Sequence record: KY014601.1
Reading direction: 5' to 3' (one strand)
Origin: Escherichia phage Utah
Length of the DNA: 59,024 nucleotides
Positions 29,233 to 38,125 of the stretch are shown piece after piece. The translations under genes were made by a program, and so were the position numbers. Under the pieces are notes generated by a model. The model ran no database searches. It saw nothing but the letters and a program-made list of their open reading frames with translations, and was not told where the DNA came from. The first letter of the stretch is position 1. Every line of letters starts with the position of its first letter.

Positions 29233-32200
29233 AGCCAAGAAGGTTACGGTTGGGTACAAATACTACATGGGCCTGTTTATGGGCCTTTTCCGTGGCCCGG
29301 TGAATGAGATTGTCGAGATCCGCGTGGGCGACCGTACCGCGTGGACAGGCTCAATCACTGGCAACACAACCATCCGGATCAACCGCGAAGACTTGTTCGG
29401 CGGCACGAAGGCGGAAGGCGGCATTGATGGCCCGCTCGAAGTTTACATGGGCGCGCCGACGCAGACCGTCAGCCAGAAGTTAAAGAACATGCTCGGTGGC
29501 CGTCAGCCGGAATTCCGTGGCGTCGTTACCGCATACTTCGACGGTCTTATCTGCGCCATGAATCCGTACCCGAAGCAGTGGAAATTCAAGGCCCGCCGCT
29601 CTACAGCCGGGTGGACTGGCGGCGTCTGGTATCCGGAAAAATGTCTGGTCAAGATGCAGGGGTACGACGGTCAGGGCAATCAGCACGAAATCCATGCCAT
29701 GAACCCGGCGCACATCCTGTATGAGTGCCAGTCGAACTACGAATGGGGCCGTGGCCTGTCACGCTCGCTTATCGACGATACGACGTTCCGCCTCGCGGCC
29801 GACACCCTGTTTAACGAAAACTTCGGCCTTTGCATCCGATGGAACCGTCAGGACACGCTCGAATCGTTCATGCAGCTTATCCTCGACCATATCGGCGGTG
29901 CGATGTACGTCAGCAAAGTGACGGGTAAACTGTCCCTGCGGTTGATCCGGAAGGACTACGACTTCGACACGCTGCCGATCTTCGACACGGATTCCGGGCT
30001 GCTGTCCATTCAGGAAGCGACCAACGCGTCTCCGGCCAATCTGGTTAACGAAGTGGTCGTGACCTACCACAACCCGATCATGGACGAAGACCAGCAGGTG
30101 CGTAGCCACAACCTCGCGCAGATCCAGAATCAGGGCTGTCTGAACAGCAATACGATTGAATACCTCGGCATCCCTACCGGGAAACTGGCGATGCAGGTGG
30201 CACAGCGTGACTTGCGCGCCGCGTCAACCAACGTCCGCCGTTTCACCGTGATCTGTGACCGCCGGGCATGGAACGTGCAACCGGGCGACGTGCTGAAAGT
30301 GCGTGACCCGAAACAGCGCGGCCTGACCGAAGTGGTTATCCGCGTCGGTACCGTAGAAGACGGCACGCTGCCGGACGGCAAGATCAAGGTTGTCGCGCTG
30401 CAAGACCAGTTCGCCTTCCAGTTAAACACGTTCAACCAAGTCGAGCCGCCAGCCGGGTATGAGCCAGACCTGATTCCTGCGATTGCCCGCCGCATCGTGT
30501 ACGAAATGCCGTACGTGGATTTGGTGCAGCAGTTACCGGACGGTGAACTGAATGCCGTTGGCCCTAACGATGCGTTTATCAACTCGCAGGCTGAGAAGCC
30601 GACCGACATGTCCGCCGCGTATGACATGGGTATCATGGCCGAAGGTGAATCCGGCTTCGACATCCGTGGCAACGGTGACTTCGGCGCGTTCGGATCACTG
30701 GCCGCCGACATCGACTACCTGTCAACGCAAATCATCCTGTCCGAAATGACCGACATGTGGGACGACGTTCAGCCCGGATTTGTGGCGCGCATCGCCAAGC
30801 CTGTTCTTGACGGCCAACGCACGCAGATGGAAATCGCCGAAGAGTTTGTCCGCATCGACGCCATCAATGGCAACGTGATTACCGTAGCGCGCGGCGTACT
30901 CGACACTATCCCATTCCGCCACCAGAAAAGCGAAATGCTTTGGGTGACGACGTACGACGGCGGTACTGACTGGCAGAAATACGCGGGCAACGAGTCCATC
31001 GACATCAAAATCCTGCCGTGGACATTGGGCGGCGGCCGCTTCCCGATTGAAGATGCGCCGATTGATCATCTGGACATGGACTTCCGCCAAATCCGCCCAT
31101 ACCCGCCGGGCAACGTGCAGCACTATCTCGCTTCGACGTCAACTCTGCAACGCTGGTATGTACCGTCCGCGCTGACCTACACGGCCAACGCCGGGGAAAC
31201 GCCTGACACGTACACCCTGACTTGGGCGCACCGCGACCGGATCCTGCAAGGCGATAAGCCTGTCCCGCACATCGACGGCGACATCGGGCCTGAACCGGGA
31301 ACCTCGTACACTATCCGCGTCTACAATCAGGAAGGAACGTTGGTTCGCACCGAGTCAGGTATCAACGGCACGACGTGGAATTGGCCGTACGCAACCGCAG
31401 CGGCTGACATGAATGTCGAAGCCAGCCTGTTTGACCCGGTGCTCGCGACGCTCCGCCTGACGTCTGTCCGCAATGGCCGTGAAAGTTGGGAATACTACGA
31501 AATGAAGGTCAGCGTTTATAAGAAGCCGCCGCAGTTCGTATATGACGCCAGCCTGATGCAGTTTGCTGCGCAGCCGTACAACGCCGCCAGTGATCCTAAC
31601 CCGCCAACGCCACCGATGGACGGCCCGTATGTTTCGTCCCTGATGCAGTTTGCCGCGCAGCCAGATGGTAGCGAGGACTTCGGCCCGGCGGAAAGCATGA
31701 ATGGCCCGAACGTGGCGCTACTGCCGCACCAAGTCACGCAGACGTCGTCAATCATTACGCCGCTCGATACGCTGCTGTACGAAACCCCGTACATCCAGTT
31801 ATCCCGCGACGGCCGTGACCTGAACACGTCGAAAGTCAGCGCATACGTGGCGCGTTCGTCCGACCGCACCGTCGATTCGTATACCCTGTTCACCAAGCAC
31901 GAAGCGGACGCAAACTACACGTCGGCCGGGACTCAGCCGTGGACACCGTGGGGCATGACCACCGTCGGCCTCGGCTTCTTCACGGACGAAGTGACCCTCG
32001 ACCCGACGTCGGATAAAGACGGCGTTCCTATCGCTGGCGCGCAGGTGGGCGACCTTCTGCTTATCGATCAGGAATTGATGTCCATCACCGCCATCAACGG
32101 CCGCACGTACAAGATTGGGCGTGGTGTGGCTGACACCATTCCGGCGCAGCACTACAGCCGCCGTCCGGTCTGGCTGATCTCCGTGGGCTTCGGCTACTCC

Positions 32201-33112
32201 GACATGGCATTCGGCGATAACGAAAAGGCGATGGTCATCATTCGCCCGGATACCTACGGCACCGACATCCCGCTGAACAAGCTGTACCCGCTCCAGTTGC
32301 AGATGCAGTACCGTCCGAAACGTCCATACCCGCCGGGTCTGATGATGATTGGCGGCCAACCGTTCTTCAACACCGCGAGCGGACTGGCAGACGATTTCAA
32401 CCCGTACAACAATCTGAAAGCGAAAGACGTGGTATGCACGTACGCACACCGCAACCGTGTATCACAATCCACCACGGCGCGCGACCACTTCGCCGTCGGC
32501 ATCACTCCGGAACCGGGCGTGAAGTACCGCGTGCGCATTGGTTATGCGTACTGGTCGCAGTCCGGAAGCGGCTTCTCGCTGCTGTCTCAGTTCGAAACGG
32601 AAGACGCGGGCTTCATCATGCGCGCGGCCGACCTTGAACGTTGGGGCCGTCAGGCGGGCTATGCGCAAGACGCTGGCGGCTACTCCACGTTAAACGTGAC
32701 CGTCAACGCGATTCGTGATGGAATGCTGAACTGGCAGGGATATACGATGACCGTGCGCGTGCCGTCCTTCCCGCTTCCTCCGGGACAGAAACCGGGCGGT
32801 GGCGATGGGCCGTGGAACCCGCCGGGCGGTGGCAATACTGGCGGTACTACTCCGCCGACGGAGCCGCCGGATCGTCCAGACCCGAGCGAGCCGGGCACCA
32901 CTGACCCATCCGAGCCGACGAAGCCGGACGAGCCGGAAGAACCGCAGCCACCAGTCGATCCGGAAGACCCGGATACTGACCCGCCGGAACCGCCGGAACC
33001 GCCCGTTGACCCGACCAACGTACCGGGATGGTCATTGAGTTGGGATCACGGTTGGGCGATGACACTGCCAGATTTCCGATATGTTCCACCAGCAGAAGAG
33101 GAACCTGAATAA
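29222..33112 (+). CDS. Host specificity / central tail fibre protein (lambda gpJ-like) with Pro/Asp/Glu-rich C-terminal region
   Basis: 1296 aa; N-terminus MGSKAKK... like gpJ MGKGSSKG...; internal duplication SLMQFAAQP x2; C-terminal PPGQKPGGGDG...PPEPPEPPVDP low-complexity stretch. Confidence 0.7.
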   Translation: MGSKAKKVTVGYKYYMGLFMGLFRGPVNEIVEIRVGDRTAWTGSITGNTTIRINREDLFGGTKAEGGIDGPLEVYMGAPTQTVSQKLKNMLGGRQPEFRGVVTAYFDGLICAMNPYPKQWKFKARRSTAGWTGGVWYPEKCLVKMQGYDGQGNQHEIHAMNPAHILYECQSNYEWGRGLSRSLIDDTTFRLAADTLFNENFGLCIRWNRQDTLESFMQLILDHIGGAMYVSKVTGKLSLRLIRKDYDFDTLPIFDTDSGLLSIQEATNASPANLVNEVVVTYHNPIMDEDQQVRSHNLAQIQNQGCLNSNTIEYLGIPTGKLAMQVAQRDLRAASTNVRRFTVICDRRAWNVQPGDVLKVRDPKQRGLTEVVIRVGTVEDGTLPDGKIKVVALQDQFAFQLNTFNQVEPPAGYEPDLIPAIARRIVYEMPYVDLVQQLPDGELNAVGPNDAFINSQAEKPTDMSAAYDMGIMAEGESGFDIRGNGDFGAFGSLAADIDYLSTQIILSEMTDMWDDVQPGFVARIAKPVLDGQRTQMEIAEEFVRIDAINGNVITVARGVLDTIPFRHQKSEMLWVTTYDGGTDWQKYAGNESIDIKILPWTLGGGRFPIEDAPIDHLDMDFRQIRPYPPGNVQHYLASTSTLQRWYVPSALTYTANAGETPDTYTLTWAHRDRILQGDKPVPHIDGDIGPEPGTSYTIRVYNQEGTLVRTESGINGTTWNWPYATAAADMNVEASLFDPVLATLRLTSVRNGRESWEYYEMKVSVYKKPPQFVYDASLMQFAAQPYNAASDPNPPTPPMDGPYVSSLMQFAAQPDGSEDFGPAESMNGPNVALLPHQVTQTSSIITPLDTLLYETPYIQLSRDGRDLNTSKVSAYVARSSDRTVDSYTLFTKHEADANYTSAGTQPWTPWGMTTVGLGFFTDEVTLDPTSDKDGVPIAGAQVGDLLLIDQELMSITAINGRTYKIGRGVADTIPAQHYSRRPVWLISVGFGYSDMAFGDNEKAMVIIRPDTYGTDIPLNKLYPLQLQMQYRPKRPYPPGLMMIGGQPFFNTASGLADDFNPYNNLKAKDVVCTYAHRNRVSQSTTARDHFAVGITPEPGVKYRVRIGYAYWSQSGSGFSLLSQFETEDAGFIMRAADLERWGRQAGYAQDAGGYSTLNVTVNAIRDGMLNWQGYTMTVRVPSFPLPPGQKPGGGDGPWNPPGGGNTGGTTPPTEPPDRPDPSEPGTTDPSEPTKPDEPEEPQPPVDPEDPDTDPPEPPEPPVDPTNVPGWSLSWDHGWAMTLPDFRYVPPAEEEPE

Positions 33113-33852
33113 TGCCGAAAAAGACAGCCCCGAATCAGGGGCTACCCTACGGGTGGATTCGCGGGGAAGACTATTGGGGTGGCCCGATGTCAGACTCGCA
33201 AATCTTCCTCGACACCACGCTATTCCTGACACTGGAATCGCTGACCTTCTCCGCTCCGCCGCCGGACGTGGTGGACGGGGCCACCTACGTCGTCGCGGCT
33301 AACCCGACGGGGGCGTGGGCCGGACATGAAGGCGATGTGGCCGTGTACGTGGAAAAGGTCTGGACGTTTTACAAGCCTCGTTACGGATGGCGCGCTCGCG
33401 TCCGTTCGTACGAGAAATTCTTGTGGTTTAACGGCACGACGTGGCTTGACGAGGCGACCGGGGAAGACCCGGTCAACCCTGACCCCGACCCAAGCGTTAA
33501 GCCGAAATGGTACGACATCGGCGTGACAGTGTCGGACAGCATGTACGCGAATGAACCCGTCGTGCATCTGCCGATCCTTGACCCGATGTATCTGCCTGCC
33601 AATATGGTTGGCTCACAGTTCGACATGGCCGACGGCGCAAGCCCGGCCTATTACCAATTCCGCGTGCAGCGCAACGGCCAGAACGTCGCAACGATGACCG
33701 TGGAAATCGGAAACTTCAACGCATCGTTTACCACTGCCGGGGGCAACCCGATTTCCTTCGCCGCCGGGGATCGCATGACGGTTCGCGCGCAGCAGGAAGC
33801 CGTCGCCGGGATGAAAAACTTTGGCTTCGTAATTCGCATGGGACTGGTCTAA
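33112..33852 (+). CDS. Hypothetical tail-associated protein
   Basis: 246 aa; start overlaps J-like stop. Confidence 0.4.
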   Translation: MPKKTAPNQGLPYGWIRGEDYWGGPMSDSQIFLDTTLFLTLESLTFSAPPPDVVDGATYVVAANPTGAWAGHEGDVAVYVEKVWTFYKPRYGWRARVRSYEKFLWFNGTTWLDEATGEDPVNPDPDPSVKPKWYDIGVTVSDSMYANEPVVHLPILDPMYLPANMVGSQFDMADGASPAYYQFRVQRNGQNVATMTVEIGNFNASFTTAGGNPISFAAGDRMTVRAQQEAVAGMKNFGFVIRMGLV

Positions 33853-33861
33853 GGGGATCAC

Positions 33862-34869
33862 ATGGCAAGTTATTTTGATGGATATGAGCAGTTCCGTTCG
33901 ACGGACACGTCTAACCCGGGAACCTTTATGCGGCTCGCCGGGTACACGGTTCGAGGCGCGATTTCGGCGGGTCTTGGCCGCCTCCCGGCGAGCATCGGAC
34001 TGTACACGCTGAACAGCGCCTACGAGCGCGACTGGACATGGGGTGGCGACACCCTCACCATCGGCTTTGCGTGCAAGCAGCAGGCGCGTGGCGCGCTATT
34101 TGGGCTAAAGGTCGGTGACGCCACTGGCCGCGATGTTCCGCATGTCGTTGTCTACACTGACCCGGTGTCGGCGCTCGTCACCATCCAGACCGGGCCAGAC
34201 CAGTCGGAAGTCGGGTATGTCACGCCGATCCCGACACGCTGGTATTACTATGAAGTCGTGATGAACCGCGCCACGAAGGTTATCGAGGTGTTTGTCAACG
34301 GGAAATCGGACGTAGCCTATACACTGCCGGACGTCATTGCGGCGTCGGCCGTCGTGCGCATGGTCTTCAACCCGTTCGACATGCTGCCATCGTTCCCTGC
34401 CGATGCGAACTACAAGGAAGACACGAAGGTATTCGACGACATGTACGCGCAGGACGGCGGCCGCTTAGGGGCCATCCAGATCAGCGGACGTCTGCCGGAC
34501 GGCGACCGTGATACCGAATGGGGCGTGGCCGGGCCTAACCCGACGGCAGCGCATAACCAGATGGTCGGCCGACTGCCGCCAGACATGGCAAACATGTACA
34601 TCTACACTGGTACGAATGACCGTCACGACTCGTTTATCTCGACGGCGAAGTTACCGGATAACGGGGCCATTCTGGCGCAGGGACTGATCGCATTAGTCCG
34701 GAAGGCCACGGCCGACCCGGTGTCGATTATCGCGAACATTGACAGTCACACCGTTACCCTGTCGAATATCGGCCGTAATTGGGAATATCGTTACGCGCAA
34801 TTCACCACAAGCGGTTATGATCGAGCCGCCATTGAAGCCGCCGAATTCGGTGTGCGTTCAGTAATTTAA
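33862..34869 (+). CDS. Lectin-like (LamG/ConA-like signature) putative receptor-binding protein, paralog 1
   Basis: 335 aa; shares MxxFxDGYD N-terminus, WYYYEVV...IEVFVNG, IQISGRLP, YIYTGTND motifs with the two following genes. Confidence 0.5.
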   Translation: MASYFDGYEQFRSTDTSNPGTFMRLAGYTVRGAISAGLGRLPASIGLYTLNSAYERDWTWGGDTLTIGFACKQQARGALFGLKVGDATGRDVPHVVVYTDPVSALVTIQTGPDQSEVGYVTPIPTRWYYYEVVMNRATKVIEVFVNGKSDVAYTLPDVIAASAVVRMVFNPFDMLPSFPADANYKEDTKVFDDMYAQDGGRLGAIQISGRLPDGDRDTEWGVAGPNPTAAHNQMVGRLPPDMANMYIYTGTNDRHDSFISTAKLPDNGAILAQGLIALVRKATADPVSIIANIDSHTVTLSNIGRNWEYRYAQFTTSGYDRAAIEAAEFGVRSVI

Positions 34870-34879
34870 AGGGGTTACT

Positions 34880-35842
34880 ATGCTGAAATTTATGGACGGT
34901 TTTGACCAGCTACGCGGCTGGTCTGACGTTACGGATGGGCTGACCAAATGCGGGTACACCGTGTCTGGCACGCCTACGTTAGAAGAAGGACGCGTGGCTA
35001 CGCAGATGGCGGTATCACTGCCGGACACGGCCAGCCTGAAACGCGTGTTCACCTCCGGGGCCACGAAGGTCGTGTTTGGCTTTGCCTTCCGCGCTATCGG
35101 TCTGCGCCACACCCTGATCACCATCAAAGATGTCGCGACGATTACGTGGAACGAGACTGACGGGAAGATCACGGCCGCTGGCGGTACCGGAACGGCGGTG
35201 CTGCTGCTGGACTTGTGGTACTACATCGAAGTGGTTCTGGACAAGACTACCAGCACGATCGAGGTGTACGTGAACAACGGGCTGGACATCACCGCTCCTT
35301 CGCCGTCGAGCGCTAACCCGGTCACTAACTATGAAGTCACATGGGCGGGCGTTGCCACGGCGCAGTTCCTTCTCGACGACATCCAGTTCATCGACAACCA
35401 GCCGGGTAAGTATACCGGGCGCATCGGGCCTATCCAGATCACCAGCCGCTTGCCGATGGTGGACGTGGACAAAGAATGGTCGCCGTCATCCGGCAATGAT
35501 CACTACCCGCTCGTCTACAATCAGCCGCCCGTCGAGGGGTCGTACATCCAGTCGAACACGTCCGGCGCGACCGACACGTTTCTATCAAACACCGTCATCC
35601 CTGATACGCAAAACATTCTGGCCGTCGGCATGACCGTGCTGAACAAAAAGTCAGACGTGGACAACCGTCAGTTAGGCATGGTCATCGGCCAAAAAGGCGA
35701 CACGCAAAAAGAAGTTATCGACGCGGCGCTATCCACGACTGAAAAGTATAGTTATGCTGTGTTCGAGACGAACGCGGCCGGGCAAGACTGGAATGACGAA
35801 CGACTCAGCGAAGCGCCGTTCGGCGTCATCGTAAGACCATAA
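34880..35842 (+). CDS. Lectin-like putative receptor-binding protein, paralog 2
   Basis: 320 aa; WYYIEVV...IEVYVNNG, IQITSRLP, YIQSNTSGATD. Confidence 0.5.
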   Translation: MLKFMDGFDQLRGWSDVTDGLTKCGYTVSGTPTLEEGRVATQMAVSLPDTASLKRVFTSGATKVVFGFAFRAIGLRHTLITIKDVATITWNETDGKITAAGGTGTAVLLLDLWYYIEVVLDKTTSTIEVYVNNGLDITAPSPSSANPVTNYEVTWAGVATAQFLLDDIQFIDNQPGKYTGRIGPIQITSRLPMVDVDKEWSPSSGNDHYPLVYNQPPVEGSYIQSNTSGATDTFLSNTVIPDTQNILAVGMTVLNKKSDVDNRQLGMVIGQKGDTQKEVIDAALSTTEKYSYAVFETNAAGQDWNDERLSEAPFGVIVRP

Positions 35843-35855
35843 GGAGCATACCGAA

Positions 35856-36875
35856 ATGTTTAAATTCTGTGACGGGTACGACCACTATGCCGAAATCGGC
35901 GCGAAGGGTACGGCCCTACAAAGTTATCTGGAAGCCGCCGGGTACGTGGTGCGTAATGCCAGCGATTCCACGTTTTCCGTTGTCGAGGGCCGCCGGACAG
36001 GTGCGCGTGCGCTGAAATTCACCGTGGCCGCCAGTTCATCTGTCAACGCCTCACTGTCATGGGGATTCACCACGACGGCCTCGTCAGTCGTCTTCGGATT
36101 TGCCATGAAAGCCGGGCTATCCCGTATGCGTATCGCGCGTATCGAGAACATCGTGGACATCGAGTGGGACACCACGACCGGGAAAATCCGCGTAGGCGAG
36201 CAGTTAGGCGTCAACCCGCTGATCCTGAACGCATGGTACTACTTCGAAATCGAGATCGATAAGACGGCCAACACCGTCAAGGTCTACGCGAATAACGAAT
36301 TGCAGTTAACCGTTACGCCATCGAGTGCGCCGACCACCACGTACACAATCGTTTGGGGGCAGACGGGTACCGCACCTAATGCTGGCGAACAGACACTGGA
36401 TGACTTCTACGTGATCGACGGTTCCGGTAGCCGCAACAACGCGCGCCTGACTCCGGTCGAAGTGACCAGTCGTATGCCAACGGCCGACGTTTCTACGCAG
36501 TGGGAAGTCGTGAACGCCTCGTCTGCCACGCCGCACTATCAGATCGTGTCACAGCTTTCCCCGGGCGGCGAGTCGAAGCCATACCTGCAATCGAACACCG
36601 CAGGGGCGACCGATATGTACCGTTCGAACGTGACGCTGCCGAACAATAACCAGATCTTCGCCGTGTCCGTCATCGCGTACGCCCGTAAAGGCGACCTTGA
36701 TGATCGTAAACTCGGGCTGGTGGTCAACACGGAAGGCGGTACGCCGACTGAAATTCAGGTGCCGCTCACCGAGTCGTACAAGTATTATCAGGCATCGTTC
36801 GAGCAAGCGCCGGGCGGAAGTGACTGGAACCAGAACAACGTCGAATCTTTGCAATTCGGCATCATCACTCGATAA
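35856..36875 (+). CDS. Lectin-like putative receptor-binding protein, paralog 3
   Basis: 339 aa; WYYFEIE...VKVYANN, VEVTSRMP, YLQSNTAGATD. Confidence 0.5.
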   Translation: MFKFCDGYDHYAEIGAKGTALQSYLEAAGYVVRNASDSTFSVVEGRRTGARALKFTVAASSSVNASLSWGFTTTASSVVFGFAMKAGLSRMRIARIENIVDIEWDTTTGKIRVGEQLGVNPLILNAWYYFEIEIDKTANTVKVYANNELQLTVTPSSAPTTTYTIVWGQTGTAPNAGEQTLDDFYVIDGSGSRNNARLTPVEVTSRMPTADVSTQWEVVNASSATPHYQIVSQLSPGGESKPYLQSNTAGATDMYRSNVTLPNNNQIFAVSVIAYARKGDLDDRKLGLVVNTEGGTPTEIQVPLTESYKYYQASFEQAPGGSDWNQNNVESLQFGIITR

Positions 36876-36889
36876 GGGAGGGACTCACT

Positions 36890-38116
36890 ATGCCTGTAGT
36901 ATGGCACTGCGGTTTTAATGGTTTTATCAACAATGCGTCGGGGCAGGGTCAGTCTAACCTGTTTATCAACACAAACGATAACGTGGCGGGAGGCCATGCC
37001 CTCTCCACCGACAATTTAATTAATAACGTTTTTGGTCGTGGAAACGGCAACCAAAACGGCGGCTTTCTCCCTCTGATCACTTACTACGGATGTAAATGGA
37101 CGGCATCCGGGTCGTACGGGTCGTCTTATGTTTTTGGTCGTGTTAAGCCGTCTTTCTTTGATAATTCCGTGCCATGCCTAAGCACCGAACAATACCAACC
37201 TGCTAACCAATCTGACTGGTGGGCCGGGTGGCAGTTCCGAATTGATTTGTGCTGGCCTTCGGCGGAACGCCTGACGACGTCGTGGCGCATGGGCTTCCGT
37301 ATTGGCCGCGCAACACACCCCACATACAATATTGGTTATCAAGTCTATATCTGCCCGGCAGGTATTAACGGCGCAGAAGGCCGAGACTTATATCGTATCC
37401 CGATCACTGCGGGTCAGGACGAGAAGTATATGGAGGTGGAATGGTTGGCGGGTACCAAGACCCTTAACATCTATCTGAACGACGAACTTGTCTCGACCCG
37501 CACCAACTACACCGCCTACGATATGTCGTACGGCCTTATTTTGGTGTGCGAACATTACGCTAGCAATAGCACTAGCTCCACACCGTTCTTCGGTTTTGAA
37601 CTGCGGGACATGTATGTCCAGAAAATCGTTTCAGATGCAGATCAACGCCTCGGGTCTTCGACGAAAGTATATGCGTTCAATCCCGTTAATGACGATGTTG
37701 TACAGTTCTCTCGGCCAGACGCATATTCGTCAAACGCCGCCGTCGCGGCAACGCCGATCGCTCCCGGTGGTATCACCCCGACGCCGTCGCAATCTACTGC
37801 AATTCTCGGGGCGGACGTGGTCGGACAGCAAGACCTGTATAACATTGACATTTCCAAAGTCAGCACACGTCTGGCGTCGATTGAAGCGGTTAACGTCCGG
37901 ACGATGGCCCGAAATCCGTTGCTTGGAAATAGACAATCTGCCGCGATCGCCAAGTCCGGGGCCACTCAAACCCAAAGCGAGAACACATCGACGCTCGAAC
38001 AAGGCGGCCTGTGGCGTTTCAACACGTTGCAGATGGTGTCTGACCCGGCGGATGGCTCGCGCTGGAACCTTACAAAACTGGCCGGGCTTAAAGTCGGTAC
38101 CAAATTCGTCGCGTAA
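36890..38116 (+). CDS. Hypothetical tail-region protein, possibly divergent fourth paralog
   Basis: 408 aa; MEVEWLAGTKTLNIYLNDEL loosely resembles the WYY..E...VYVNN core. Confidence 0.4.
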   Translation: MPVVWHCGFNGFINNASGQGQSNLFINTNDNVAGGHALSTDNLINNVFGRGNGNQNGGFLPLITYYGCKWTASGSYGSSYVFGRVKPSFFDNSVPCLSTEQYQPANQSDWWAGWQFRIDLCWPSAERLTTSWRMGFRIGRATHPTYNIGYQVYICPAGINGAEGRDLYRIPITAGQDEKYMEVEWLAGTKTLNIYLNDELVSTRTNYTAYDMSYGLILVCEHYASNSTSSTPFFGFELRDMYVQKIVSDADQRLGSSTKVYAFNPVNDDVVQFSRPDAYSSNAAVAATPIAPGGITPTPSQSTAILGADVVGQQDLYNIDISKVSTRLASIEAVNVRTMARNPLLGNRQSAAIAKSGATQTQSENTSTLEQGGLWRFNTLQMVSDPADGSRWNLTKLAGLKVGTKFVA

Positions 38117-38125
38117 GGGGGCCAT

